Shown piece after piece: positions 1 to 13,600 of a DNA stretch of 64,000 nucleotides. The stretch comes from Eledone cirrhosa. Lineage: Eukaryota. The notes beneath the pieces are model-generated. The model saw only the letters and a list, made by a program, of their open reading frames with translations. It ran no database searches and was not told the DNA's origin. Numbering within the stretch: the first letter of the stretch is position 1; the number at the start of each line of letters is the position of its first letter. Location: contig OZ024741.1 in assembly GCA_964016885.1 (NCBI GenBank), forward strand, positions 255,068,001 through 255,132,000, in the 5' to 3' direction. Made by a program: the position numbers and the translations under genes.

Positions 1-759
1 TTTTCACTGTCAGTGCCAGTGTTGTTGCTGTTGCTGTTTTCTCTGTCAGTGCCAGTGATGTTGTAGTTGTTGCTGTTTTCTGTGTTAGTGCCAGTGTTGT
101 TGTAGTTGTTGCTGTTTTCTGTGTCAGTGCCAGTGTTGTTGCTGTTGCTGTTTTCTCTGTCAGTGCCAGTGTTGTTGTAGTTGTTTCTGTTTTCTGTGTC
201 AGTGCCAGTGTTGTTGTTGTTGCTGTTTTCTCTGTCAGTGCCAGTGTTGTTGTAGTTGTTGCTGTTTTCTGTGTCAGTGCCACTGTTGTTGTTGCTGTTT
301 TCTGTGTCTGTGCCAGTGTTGTTGTTGTTGCTGTTTTCTCTGTCAGTGCCAGTGTTGTTGTAGTTGTTGCTGTTTTCTCTGTCAGTGCCAGTGTTGTTGT
401 AGTTGTTGCTGTTTTCTGTGTCAGTGCCAGTGTTTTTGTTGTTGCTGTTTTCTCTGTCAGTGCCAGTGTTGTTGTAGTTGTTGCTGTTTTCTCTGTCAGT
501 GCCAGTGTTGTTGTAATTGTTGCTGTTTTCTGTGTCAGTGCCAGTGTTGTTGCTGTTGTTGCTGTTTTCTGTGTCAGTGCCAGTGTTGTTGTTGTTGGTG
601 TTTTCTGTGTCAGTGCCAGTGTTGTTGTTGCTATTTTCACTGTCAGTGCCAGTGTTGTTGTAGTTGTTGCTGTTTTCTGTGTCAGTGCCAGTGTTGTTGT
701 TGTTGCTGTTTTCTCTGTCAGTGCCAGTGTTGTTGTAGCTGTTGCTGTTTTCTGTGTCA

Positions 760-3700
760 GTGCCAGTGTTGTTGTAGTTGTTGCTGTTTTCTGTGTCAGT
801 GCCAGTGTTGTTGTTGTTGCTGTTTCCTCTGTCAGTGCCAGTGTTGTTGTAGTTGTTGCTGTTTTCTCTGTCAGTGCCAGTGTTGTTGTAGTTGTTGCTG
901 TTTTCTGTGTCAGTGCCAGTGTTGTTGTAGTTGTTGCTGTTTTCTCTGTCAGTGCCAGTGTTGTTGTTGTTGTTGCTGTTTTCTCTGTCAGTGCCAGTGT
1001 TGTAGTTGTTGCTGTTTTCTCTGTCAGTGCCAGTGTTGTTGTAGTTGTTGCTGTTTTCTGTGTCAGTGCCAGTGTTGTTGCTGTTGCTGTTTTCTCTGTC
1101 AGTGCCAGTGTTGTTGTAGTTGTTGCTGCTTTCTCTGTCAGTGCCAGTGTTGTTGTAGTTGTTGCTGTTTTCTGTGTCAGTGCCAGTGTTGTTGTTGTTG
1201 CTGTTTTCTCTGTCAATGCCAGTGTTGTTGTAGTTGTTGCTGTTTTCTGTGTCAGTGCCACTGTTGTTGTTGCTGTTTTCTGTGTCAGTGCCAGTGTTGT
1301 TGTTGTTGCAGTTTTCTCTGTCAGTGCCAGTGTTGTTGTTGCTGTTTTCTCTGTCAGTGCCAGTGTTGTTGTTGTTGCTGTTTTCTGTGTCAGTGCCATT
1401 GTTATTGCGGTTGTTGCTGTTTTCTGTGTCAGTGCCAGTGTTGTTGTTGCTGTTGTTGCTGTTTTCTGTGTCAGTGCCAGTGTTGTTGCTGTTGCTGTTT
1501 TCGCTGTCAGTGCCAGTGTTGTTGTAGTTGTTGCTGTTTTCTCTGTCAGTGCCAGTGTTGTAGTTGTTGCTGTTTTCTGTGTCAGTGCCAGTGTTGTTGT
1601 TGTTGCTATTTTCACTGTCAGTGCCAGTGTTGTTGTTGTTGCTCTTTTCTGTGTCAGTGCCAGCGTTGTTGTTGTTGCTATTTTCACTGTCAGTGCCAGT
1701 GTTTTTGTTGTTGCTGTTTTCTCTGTCAGTGCCAGTGTTGTTGTAGTTGTTGCTGTTTTTTATGTCAGTGCCAGTGTTGTTGTAATTGTTGCTGTTTTCT
1801 GTGTCAGTGCCACTGTTGTTGCTGTTTTCTGTGTCAGTGCCAGTGTTGTTGCTGTTTTCTGTGTCAGTGCCAGTGTTGTTGTTGTTGCTGTTTTCTGTGT
1901 CAGTGCCAGTGTTGTTGTTGCTATTTTCACTGTCAGTGCCAGTGTTGTTGTAGTTGTTGCTGTTTTCTGTGTCAGTGCCAATGTTGTTGTTGTTGCTGTT
2001 TTCTCTGTCAGTGCCAGTGTTGTTGTAGCTGTTGCTGTTTTCTGTGTCAGTGCCAGTGTTGTTGTAGTTGTTGCTGTTTACTGTGTCAGTGCCAGTGTTG
2101 TTGTAGTTGTTGCTGTTTTCTCTGTCAGTGCCAGTGTTGTTGTAGTTGTTGCTGTTTTTTGTCTCAGTGCCAGTGTTGTTGTAGTTGTTGCTGTTTTCTC
2201 TGTCAGTGCCAGTGTTGTTGTTGTTGTTGCTGTTTTCTCTGTCAGTGCCAGTGTTGTAGTTGTTGCTGTTTTCTCTGACAGTGCCAGTGTTGTTGTAGTT
2301 GTTGCTGTTTTCTGTGTCAGTGCCAGTGTTGTTGTTGTTGCTGTTTTCTGTGTCAGTGCCAGTGTTGTTGTTGTTGCTATTTTCACTGTCAGTGCCAGTG
2401 TTGTTGCTGTTGCTGTTTTCTCTGTCAGTGCCAGTGATGTTGTAGTTGTTGCTGTTTTCTGTGTTAGTGCCAGTGTTGTTGTAGTTGTTGCTGTTTTCTG
2501 TGTCAGTGCCAGTGTTGTTGCTGTTGCTGTTTTCTCTGTCAGTGCCAGTGTTGTTGTAGTTGTTGCTGCTTTCTCTGTCAGTGCCAGTGTTGTTGTAGTT
2601 GTTTTTGTTTTCTGTGTCAGTGCCAGTGTTGTTGTTGTTGCTGTTTTCTCTGTCAGTGCCAGTGTTGTTGTAGTTGTTGCTGTTTTCTGTGTCAGTGCCA
2701 CTGTTGTTGTTGCTGTTTTCTGTGTCTGTGCCAGTGTTGTTGTTGTTGCTGTTTTCTCTGTCAGTGCCAGTGTTGTTGTTGCTGTTTTCTCTGTCAGTGC
2801 CAGTGTTGTTGTTGCTGTTTTCTCTGTCAGTGCCAGTGTTGTTGTTGTTGCTGTTTTCTGTGTCAGTGCCAGTGTTGTAGTTGTTGCTGTTTTCTGTGTC
2901 AGTGCCAGTGTTGTTGTAGTTGTTGCTGTTTTCTGTGTCAGTGCCAGTGTTTTTGTTGTTGCTGTTTTCTCTGTCAGTGCCAGTGTTGTTGTAGTTGTTG
3001 CTGTTTTCTCTGTCAGTGCCAGTGTTGTTGTAATTGTTGCTGTTTTCTGTGTCAGTGCCAGTGTTGTTGCTGTTGTTGCTGTTTTCTGTGTCAGTGCCAG
3101 TGTTGTTGTTGTTGCTGTTTTCTGTGTCAGTGCCAGTGTTGTTGTTGCTATTTTCACTGTCAGTGCCAGTGTTGTTGTAGTTGTTGCTGTTTTCTGTGTC
3201 AGTGCCAGTGTTGTTGTTGTTGCTGTTTCCTCTGTCAGTGCCAGTGTTGTTGTAGTTGTTGCTGTTTTCTCTGTCAGTGCCAGTGTTGTTGTAGTTGTTG
3301 CTGTTTTCTCTGTCAGTGCCAGTGTTGTTGTAGTTGTTGCTGTTTTCTCTGTCAGTGCCAGTGTTGTTGTTGTTGTTGCTGTTTTCTCTGTCAGTGCCAG
3401 TGTTGTAGTTGTTGCTGTTTTCTCTGTCAGTGCCAGTGTTGTTGTAGTTGTTGCTGTTTTCTGTGTCAGTGCCAGTGTTGTTGCTGTTGCTGTTTTCTCT
3501 GTCAGTGCCAGTGTTGTTGTAGTTGTTGCTGCTTTCTCTGTCAGTGCCAGTGTTGTTGTAGTTGTTGCTGTTTTCTGTGTCAGTGCCAGTGTTGTTGTTG
3601 TTGCTGTTTTCTCTGTCAATGCCAGTGTTGTTGTAGTTGTTGCTGTTTTCTGTGTCAGTGCCACTGTTGTTGTTGCTGTTTTCTGTGTCAGTGCCAGTGT

Positions 3701-5570
3701 TGTTGTTGTTGCAGTTTTCTCTGTCAGTGCCAGTGTTGTTGTTGCTGTTTTCTCTGTCAGTGCCAGTGTTGTTGTTGTTGCTGTTTTCTGTGTCAGTGCC
3801 ATTGTTATTGCGGTTGTTGCTGTTTTCTGTGTCAGTGCCAGTGTTGTTGTTGCTGTTGTTGCTGTTTTCTGTGTCAGTGCCAGTGTTGTTGCTGTTGCTG
3901 TTTTCGCTGTCAGTGCCAGTGTTGTTGTAGTTGTTGCTGTTTTCTATGTCAGTGCCAGTGTTGTAGTTGTTGCTGTTTTCTGTGTCAGTGCCAGTGTTGT
4001 TGTTGTTGCTATTTTCCCTGTCAGTGCCAGTGTTGTTGTTGTTGCTGTTTTCTGTGTCAGTGCCAGCGTTGTTGTTGTTGCTATTTTCACTGTCAGTGCC
4101 AGTGTTTTTGTTGTTGCTGTTTTCTCTGTCAGTGCCAGTGTTGTTGTAGTTGTTGCTGTTTTCTATGTCAGTGCCAGTGTTGTTGTAATTGTTGCTGTTT
4201 TCTGTGTCAGTGCCACTGTTGTTGCTGTTTTCTGTGTCAGTGCCAGTGTTGTTGCCGTTTTCTGTGTCAGTGCCATTGTTGTTGTTGTTGCTGTTTTCTG
4301 TGTCAGTGCCAGTGTTGTTGTTGCTATTTTCACTGTCAGTGCCAGTGTTGTTGTAGTTGTTGCTGTTTTCTGTGTCAGTGCCAGTGTTGTTGTAGCTGTT
4401 GCTGTTTTCTGTGTCAGTGCCAGTGTTGTTGTAGTTGTTGCTGTTTACTGTGTCAGTGCCAGTGTTGTTGTAGTTGTTGCTGTTTTCTCTGTCAGTGCCA
4501 GTGTTGTTGTAGTTGTTGCTGTTTTCTCTGTCAGTGCCAGTGTTGTTGTAGTTGTTGCTGTTTTTTGTGTCAGTTCCAGTGTTGTTGTAGTTGTTGCTGT
4601 TTTCTCTGTCAGTGCCAGTGTTGTTGTTGTTGTTGCTGTTTTCTCTGTCAGTGCCAGTGTTGTAGTTGTTGCTGTTTTCTCTGACAGTGCCAGTGTTGTT
4701 GTAGTTGTTGCTGTTTTCTGTGTCAGTGCCAGTGTTGATGTTGTTGCTGTTTTCTGTGTCAGTGCCAGTGTTGTTGTTGTTGCTATTTTCACTGTCAGTG
4801 CCAGTGTTGTTGCTGTTGCTGTTTTCTCTGTCAGTGCCAGTGATGTTGTAGTTGTTGCTGTTTTCTGTGTTAGTGCCAGTGTTGTTGTAGTTGTTGCTGT
4901 TTTCTGTGTCAGTGCCAGTGTTGTTGCTGTTGCTGTTTTCTCTGTCAGTGCCAGTGTTGTTGTAGTTGTTGCTGCTTTCTCTGTCAGTGCCAGTGTTGTT
5001 GTAGTTGTTTCTGTTTTCTGTGTCAGTGCCAGTGTTGTTGTTGTTGCTGTTTTCTCTGTCAGTGCCAGTGTTGTTGTAGTTGTTGCTGTTTTCTGTGTCA
5101 GTGCCACTGTTGTTGTTGCTGTTTTCTGTGTCTGTGCCAGTGTTGTTGTTGTTGCTGTTTTCTCTGTCAGTGCCAGTGTTGTTGTTGCTGTTTTCTCTGT
5201 CAGTGCCAGTGTTGTTGTTGTTGCTGTTTTCTGTGTCAGTGCCAGTGTTGTAGTTGTTGCTGTTTTCTGTGTCAGTGCCAGTGTTGTTGTAGTTGTTGCT
5301 GTTTTCTGTGTCAGTGCCAGTGTTTTTGTTGTTGCTGTTTTCTCTGTCAGTGCCAGTGTTGTTGTAGTTGTTGCTGTTTTCTCTGTAAGTGCCAGTGTTG
5401 TTGTAATTGTTGCTGTTTTCTGTGTCAGTGCCAGTGTTGTTGCTGTTGTTGCTGTTTTCTGTGTCAGTGCCAGTGTTGTTGTTGTTGCTGTTTTCTGTGT
5501 CAGTGCCAGTGTTGTTGTTGCTATTTTCACTGTCAGTGCCAGTGTTGTTGTAGTTGTTGCTGTTTTCTGT
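760..5570. repeat. Tandem higher-order duplication, period about 2.4 kb (boundaries approximate)
   Basis: Rare variant GTTTCCTCT at ~826 and ~3229, and identical ORF-track translations 1234..1527 and 3637..3930, give an offset of 2403. GTTTAC at 2078 and 4445 gives 2367 after net loss of 36 nt. Confidence 0.85.
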
Positions 5571-7639
5571 GTCAGTGCCAGTGTTGTTGTTGTTGCTGTT
5601 TTCTCTGTCAGTGCCAGTGTTGTTGTAGATGTTGCTGTTTTCTGTGTCAGTGCCAGTGTTGTTATAGTTGTTGCTGTTTACTGTGTCAGTGCCAGTGTTG
5701 TTGTAGTTGTTGCTGTTTTCTCTGTCAGTGCCAGTGTTGTTGTAGTTGTTGCTGTTTTCTGTGTCAGTGCCAGTGTTGTTGTTGTTGCTGTTTTCTCTGT
5801 CAGTGCCAGTGTTGTTGTAGTTGTTGCTGTTTTCTCTGTCAGTGCCAGTGTTTTTGTAGTTGTTGCTGTTTTTTGTGTCAGTGCCAGTGTTGCTGTAGTT
5901 GTTGCTGTTTTCTCTGTCAGTGCCAGTGTTGTTGTTGTTGTTGCTGTTTTCTCTGTCAGTGCCAGTGTTGTAGTTGTTGCTGTTTTCTCTGTCAGTGCCA
6001 GTGTTGTTGTAGTTGTTGCTGTTTTCTCTGTCAGTGCCAGTGTTGTTGTTGTTGCTGTTTTCTCTGTCAGTGCCAGTGTTGTTGTTGTTGTTATTTTCAC
6101 TGTCAGTGCCAGTGTTGTTGCTGTTGCTGTTTTCTCTGTCAGTGCCAGTGATGTTGTAGTTGTTGCTGTTTTCTGTGTTAGTGCCAGTGTTGTTGTAGTT
6201 GTTGCTGTTTTCTGTGTCAGTGCCAGTGTTGTTGCTGTTGCTGTTTTCTCTGTCAGTGCCAGTGTTGTTGTAGTTGTTGCTGCTTTCTCTGTCAGTGCCA
6301 GTGTTGTTGTAGTTGTTGCTGTTTTCTGTGTCAGTGCCAGTGTTGTTGTTGTTGCTGTTTTCTCTGTCAGTGCCAGTGTTGTTGTAGTTGTTGCTGTTTT
6401 CTGTGTCAGTGCCACTGTTGTTGTTGCTGTTTTCTCTGTCAGTGCCAGTGTTGTTGTAGTTTTTGCTGTTTTCTGTGTCAGTGCCAGTGTTGTTGTGGCT
6501 GTTTTCTGTGTCAGTGCCAGTGTTGTTGTTGTTGCTGTTTTCTCTGTCAGTGCCAGTGTTGTTGCTGTTGCTATTTTCACTGTCAGTGCCAGTGTTGTTG
6601 TTGTTGCTGTTTTCTGTGTCAGTGCCAGTGTTGTTGTTGTTGCTGTTTTCTTTGTCAGTGCCAGTGTTGTTGTTGTTACTGTTACTGTTTTCTGTGTCAG
6701 TTCCAGTGTTGCTGTTGCTGTTTTCTGTGCCAGTGCCAGTGTTATTGTTGCTGTTGTTGCTGTTTTCTGTGTCAGTGCCACGGTTGTTGTTGCTGTTGTT
6801 GCTGTTTTCTGTGTCAGTGCCAGTGTTGTTGTTGCTGTTTTCTGTGTCAGTGCCAGTGTTGTTGTTGCTGTTGTTGCTGTTTTCCGTGCCAGTGTTGTTG
6901 TAGTTGTTGCTGTTTTCTCTGTCAGTGCCAGTGTTTTTGTTGCTGTTTTCTCTGTCAGTGCCAGTGTTGTTGTAGTTGTTGCTGTTTTCTCTGACAGTGC
7001 CAGTGTTGTTGTAGTTGTTGCTGTTTTCTGTGTCAGTGCCAGTGTTGTTGTAGTTGTTGCTGTTTTCTCTGTCAGTGCCAGTGTTGTTGTTGTTGTTGCT
7101 GTTTTGTCTGTCAGTGCCAGTGTTGTAGTTGTTGCTGTTTTCTCTGTCAGTGACAGTGTTGTTGTCGTTGTTGCTGTTTTCTGTGTCAGTGCCAGTGTTG
7201 TTGTTGTTGCTGTTTTCTGTGTCAGTGCCAGTGTTGTTGTTGTTGCTATTTTCACTGTCAGTGCCAGTGTTGTTGCTGTTGTTGTTTTCTCTGTCAGTGC
7301 CAGTGATGTTGTAGTTGTTGCTGTTTTCTGTGTTAGTGCCAGTGTTGTTGTAGTTGTTGCTGTTTTCTGTGTCAGTGCCAGTGTTGTTGCTGTTGCTGTT
7401 TTCTCTGTCAGTGCCAGTGTTGTTGTAGTTGTTTCTGTTTTCTGTGTCAGTGCCAGTGTTGTTGTTGTTGCTGTTTTCTCTGTCAGTGCCAGTGTTGTTG
7501 TAGTTGTTGCTGTTTTCTGTGTCAGTGCCACTGTTGTTGTTGCTGTTTTCTGTGTCTGTGCCAGTGTTGTTGTTGTTGCTGTTTTCTCTGTCAGTGCCAG
7601 TGTTGTTGTAGTTGTTGCTGTTTTCTCTGTCAGTGCCAG

Positions 7640-10600
7640 TGTTGTTGTAGTTGTTGCTGTTTTCTGTGTCAGTGCCAGTGTTTTTGTTGTTGCTGTTTTC
7701 TCTGTCAGTGCCAGTGTTGTTGTAGTTGTTGCTGTTTTCTCTGTCAGTGCCAGTGTTGTTGTAATTGTTGCTGTTTTCTGTGTCAGTGCCAGTGTTGTTG
7801 CTGTTGTTGCTGTTTTCTGTGTCAGTGCCAGTGTTGTTGTTGTTGGTGTTTTCTCTGTCAGTGCCAGTGTTGTTGTAGTTGTTGCTGTTTTCTGTGTCAG
7901 TGCCAGTGTTGTTGCTGTTGCTGTTTTCTCTGTCAGTGCCAGTGTTGTTGTAGTTGTTGCTGTTTTCTGTGTCAGTGCCAGTGTTGTTGTTGTTGCTGTT
8001 TTCTCTGTCAGTGCCAGTGTTGTTGTAGTTGTTGCTGTTTTCTCTGTCAGTGACAGTGTTGTTGTAGTTGTTGCTGTTTTCTGTGTCAGTGCCAGTGTTG
8101 TTGTTGTTGCTGTTTCCTCTGTCAGTGCCAGTGTTGTTGTAGTTGTTGCTGTTTTCTCTGTCAGTGCCAGTGTTGTTGTAGTTGTTGCTGTTTTCTGTGT
8201 CAGTGCCAGTGTTGTTGTAGTTGTTGCTGTTTTCTCTGTCAGTGCCAGTGTTGTAGTTGTTGCTGTTTTCTCTGTCAGTGCCAGTGTTGTTGTAGTTGTT
8301 GCTGTTTTCTGTGTCAGTGCCAGTGTTGTTGCTGTTGTTGTTTTCTCTGTCAGTGCCAGTGTTGTTGTAGTTGTTGCTGCTTTCTCTGTCAGTGCCAGTG
8401 TTGTTGTAGTTGTTGCTGTTTTCTGTGTCAGTGCCAGTGTTGTTGTTGTTGCTGTTTTCTCTGTCAATGCCAGTGTTGTTGTAGTTGTTGCTGTTTTCTG
8501 TGTCAGTGCCACTGTTGTTGTTGCTGTTTTCTGTGTCAGTGCCAGTGTTGTTGTTGTTGCAGTTTTCTCTGTCAGTGCCAGTGTTGTTGTTGCTGTTTTC
8601 TCTGTCAGTGCCAGTGTTGTTGTTGTTGCTGTTTTCTGTGTCAGTGCCATTGTTATTGCGGTTGTTGCTGTTTTCTGTGTCAGTGCCAGTGTTGTTGTTG
8701 CTGTTGTTGCTGTTTTCTGTGTCAGTGCCAGTGTTGTTGCTGTTGCTGTTTTCGCTGTCAGTGCCAGTGTTGTTGTAGTTGTTGCTGTTTTCTCTGTCAG
8801 TGCCAGTGTTGTAGTTGTTGCTGTTTTCTGTGTCAGTGCCAGTGTTGTTGTTGTTGCTATTTTCACTGTCAGTGCCAGTGTTGTTGTTGTTGCTGTTTTC
8901 TGTGTCAGTGCCAGTGTTGTTGTTGTTGCTGTTTTCTGTGTCAGTGCCAGTGTTGTTGTTGTTGCTATTTTCACTGTCAGTGCCAGTGTTGTTGCTGTTG
9001 CTGTTTTCTCTGTCAGTGCCAGTGATGTTGTAGTTGTTGCTGTTTTCTGTGTTAGTGCCAGTGTTGTTGTAGTTGTTGCTGTTTTCTGTGTCAGTGCCAG
9101 TGTTGTTGCTGTTGCTGTTTTCTCTGTCAGTGCCAGTGTTGTTGTAGTTGTTGCTGCTTTCTCTGTCAGTGCCAGTGTTGTTGTAGTTGTTTCTGTTTTC
9201 TGTGTCAGTGCCAGTGTTGTTGTTGTTGCTGTTTTCTCTGTCAGTGCCAGTGTTGTTGTAGTTGTTGCTGTTTTCTGTGTCAGTGCCACTGTTGTTGTTG
9301 CTGTTTTCTGTGTCTGTGCCAGTGTTGTTGTTGTTGCTGTTTTCTCTGTCAGTGCCAGTGTTGTTGTTGCTGTTTTCTCTGTCAGTGCCAGTGTTGTTGT
9401 TGTTGATGTTTTCTGTGTCAGTGCCAGTGTTGTAGTTGTTGCTGTTTTCTGTGTCAGTGCCAGTGTTGTTGTAGTTGTTGCTGTTTTCTGTGTCAGTGCC
9501 AGTGTTTTTGTTGTTGCTGTTTTCTCTGTCAGTGCCAGTGTTGTTGTAGTTGTTGCTGTTTTCTCTGTCAGTGCCAGTGTTGTTGTAATTGTTGCTGTTT
9601 TCTGTGTCAGTGCCAGTGTTGTAGCTGTTGTTGCTGTTTTCTGTGTCAGTGCCAGTGTTGTTATAGTTGTTGCTGTTTACTGTGTCAGTGCCAGTGTTGT
9701 TGTAGTTGTTGCTGTTTTCTCTGTCAGTGCCAGTGTTGTTGTAGTTGTTGCTGTTTTCTCTGTCAGTGCCAGTGTTGTTGTAGTTGTTGCTGTTTTCTGT
9801 GTCAGTGCCAGTGTTGTTGTTGCTGTTTTCTCTGTCAGTGCCAGTGTTGTTGTAGTTGTTGCTGTTTTCTATGTCAGTGCCAGTGTTGTTGTAGTTGTTG
9901 CTGTTTTTTGTGTCAGTGCCAGTGTTGTTGTAGTTGTTGCTGTTTTCTCTGTCAGTGCCAGTGTTGTTGTTGTTGTTGCTGTTTTCTCTGTCAGTGCCAG
10001 TGTTGTAGTTGTTGCTGTTTTCTCTGTCAGTGCCAGTGTTGTTGTAGTTGTTGCTGTTTTCTGTGTCAGTGCCAGTGTTGTTGTTGTTGCTGTTTTCTCT
10101 GTCAGTGCCAGTGTTGTTGTTGTTGTTATTTTCACTGTCAGTGCCAGTGTTGTTGCTGTTGCTGTTTTCTCTGTCAGTGCCAGTGATGTTGTAGTTGTTG
10201 GTGTTTTCTGTGTTAGTGCCAGTGTTGTTGTAGTTGTTGCTGTTTTCTGTGTCAGTGCCAGTGTTGTTGCTGTTGCTGTTTTCTCTGTCAGTGCCAGTGT
10301 TGTTGTAGTTGTTGCTGCTTTCTCTGTCAGTGCCAGTGTTGTTGTAGTTGTTGCTGTTTTCTGTGTCAGTGCCAGTGTTGTTGTTGTTGCTGTTTTCTCT
10401 GTCAGTGCCAGTGTTGTTGTAGTTGTTGCTGTTTTCTGTGTCAGTGCCACTGTTGTTGTTGCTGTTTTCTCTGTCAGTGCTAGTGTTGTTGTAGTTTTTG
10501 CTGTTTTCTGTGTCAGTGCCAGTGTTGTTGTGGCTGTTTTCTGTGTCAGTGCCAGTGTTGTTGTTGTTGCTGTTTTCTCTGTCAGTGCCAGTGTTGTTGC

Positions 10601-13600
10601 TGTTGCTATTTTCTCTGTCAGTGCCAGTGTTGTTGTTGTTGCTGTTTTCTGTGTCAGTGCCAGTGTTGTTGTTGTTGCTGTTTTCTTTGTCAGTGCCAGT
10701 GTTGTTGTTGTTACTGTTGCTATTTTCTGTGTCAGTTCCAGTGTTGCTGTTGCTGTTTTCTGTGCCAGTGCCAGTGTTATTGTTGCTGTTGTTGCTGTTT
10801 TCTGTGTCAGTGCCACGGTTGTTGTTGCTGTTGTTGCTGTTTTCTGTGTCAGTGCCAGTGTATTTGTTGCTGTTTTCTGTGTCAGTGCCAGTGTTGTTGT
10901 TGCTGTTGTTGCTGTTTTCCGTGCCAGTGTTGATGTAGTTGTTGCTGTTTTCTGTGTCAGTGCCGGTGTTGTTGTTGTTGCTGTTTTCTCTGTCAGTGCC
11001 AGTGTTGTTGTTGTTGCTGTTTTCTCTGTCAGTGCCAGTGTTGTTGTTGTTGCTGTTTTCTGTGTCAATGCCAGTGTTGTTGTAGTAGTTGCTGTTTTCT
11101 GTGTCAGTGCCAGTGTTGTTGTAGTTGTTGCTGTTTTCTGTGTCAGTGCCAGTGTTGTTGTAGTTGTTGCTGTTTTCTCTGTCAGTGCCAGTGTTGTTGT
11201 AGTTGTTGCTGTTTTCTCTGTCAGTGCCAGTGTTGTTGTAGTTGTTGCTGTTTTTCTGTGTCAATGCCAGTGTTGTTGTTGTTGCTGTTTTCTCTGTCAG
11301 TGCCAGTGTTGTAGTTGTTGCTGTTTTCTCTGTCAGTGCCAGTGTTGTTGTAGTTGTTGCTGTTTTCTGTGTCAGTACCAGTGTTGTTGCTGTTGTTGCT
11401 GTTTTCTGTGTCAGTGCCGGTGTTGTTGTTGTTGCTGTTTTCTCTGTCAGTGCCAGTGTTGTTGTTGTTGCTGTTTTCTCTGTCAGTGCCAGTGTTTTTG
11501 TTGTTGCTGTTTTCTGTGTCAGTGCCAGTGTTGTTCTAGTTGTTGCTGTTTTCTGTGTCAGTGCCAGTGTTGTTGTAGTTGTTGCTGTTTTCTCTGTCAG
11601 TGCCAGTGTTGTTGTAGTTGTTGCTGTTTTCTCTGTCAGTGCCAGTGTTGTTGTAGTTGTTGCTGTTTTCTGTGTCAGTGCCAGTGTTGTTGTTGTTGCT
11701 GTTTTCTCTGTCAGTGCCAGTGTTGTTGTAGTTATTGCTGTTTTCTGTGTCAGTGCCACTGTTGTTGTTGCTGTTTTCTGTGTCAGTGCCAGTGTTGTTG
11801 GTGTTGCTGTTTTCTCTGTCAGTGCCAGTGTTGTTGTTGCTGTTTTCTCTGTCAGTGCCAGTGTTGTTGTTGCTGTTTTCTGTGTCAGTGCCATTGTTAT
11901 TGCTGTTGTTGCTGTTTTCTCTGTCAGTGCCAGTGTTGTTGTAGTTGTTGCTGTTTTCTCTGTCAGTGCCAGTGTTGTTGTTGCTGTTTTCTGTGTCAGT
12001 GCCATTGTTATTGCTGTTGTTGCTGTTTTCTCTGTCAGTGCCAGTGTTGTTGTAGTTGTTGCTGTTTTCTCTGTCAGTGCCAGTGTTGTTGTAATTGTTG
12101 CTGTTTTCTGTGTCAGTGCCACTGTTGTTGCTGTTGTTGCTGTTTTCTGTGTCAGTGCCAGTGTTATTGCTGTTGCTGCTGTTTTCTGTGTCAGTGCCAG
12201 TGTTGTTGTTGTTGCTGTTTTCTGTGTCAGTGCCAGTGTTGTTGTTGCTATTTTCACTGTCAGTGCCAGTGTTGTTGTAGTTGTTGCTGTTTTCTGTGTC
12301 AGTGCCAGTGTTGTTGTTGTTGCTGTTTTCTCTGTCAGTGCCAGTGTTGTTATAGCTGTTGCTGTTTTCTGTGTCAGTCCCAGTGTTGTTGTAGTTGTTG
12401 CTGTTTTCTCTGTCAGTGCCAGTGTTGTTGTAGTTGTTGCTGTTTTCTCTGTCAGTGCCAGTGTTGTTGTAGTTGTTGCTGTTTTCTCTGTCAGTGCCAG
12501 CGTTGTTGTAGTTGTTGCTGTTTTCTGTGTCAGTGCCAGTGTTGTTGTTGTTGCTGTTTTCTGTGTCAGTGCCAGTGTTGTTGTTGCTATTTTCACTGTC
12601 AGTGCCAGTGTTGTTGTAGTTGTTGCTGTTTTCTGTGTCAGTGCCAGTGTTGTTGTTGTTGCTGTTTTCTCTGTCAGTGCCAGTGTTGTTGTAGCTGTTG
12701 CTGTTTTCTGTGTCAGTCCCAGTGTTGTTGTAGTTGTTGCTGTTTTCTCTGTCAGTGCCAGTGTTGTTGTAGTTGTTGCTGTTTTCTCTGTCAGTGCCAG
12801 TGTTGTTGTAGTTGTTGCTGTTTTCTCTGTCAGTGCCAGCGTTGTTGTAGTTGTTGCTGTTTTCTGTGTCAGTGCCAGTGTTGTTGTTGTTGCTGTTTTC
12901 TCTGTCAGTGCCAGTGTTGTTGTAGTTTTTGCTGTTTTATCTGTCAGTGCCAGTGTTGTTGTAGTTGTTGCTGTTTTTTGTGTCAGTGCCAGTGTTGTTG
13001 TAGTTGTTGCTGTTTTCTCTGTCAGTGCCAGTGTTGTTGTTGTTGTTGCTGTTTTCTCTGTCAGTGCCAGTGTTGTAGTTGTTGCTGTTTTCTCTGTCAG
13101 TGCCAGTGTTGTTGTAGTTGTTGCTGTTTTCTGTGTCAGTGCCAGTGTTGTTGTTGTTGCTGTTTTCTGTGTCAGTGCCAGTGTTGTTGTTGTTGCTATT
13201 TTCACTGTCAGTGCCAGTGTTGTTGCTGTTGCTGTTTTCTCTGTCAGTGCCAGTGATGTTGTAGTTGTTGCTGTTTTCTGTGTTAGTGCCAGTGTTGTTG
13301 TAGTTGTTGCTGTTTTCTGTGTCAGTGCCAGTGTTGTTGCTGTTGCTGTTTTCTCTGTCAGTGCCAGTGTTGTTGTAGTTGTTGCTGTTTTCTGTGTCAG
13401 TGCCAGTGTTGTTGTTGTTGCTGTTTTCTCTGTCAGTGCCAGTGTTGTTGTAGCTGTTGCTGTTTTCTGTGTCAGTCCCAGTGTTGTTGTAGTTGTTGCT
13501 GTTTTCTCTGTCAGTGCCAGTGTTGTTGTAGTTGTTGCTGTTTTCTCTGTCAGTGCCAGTGTTGTTGTAGTTGTTGCTGTTTTCTCTGTCAGTGCCAGCG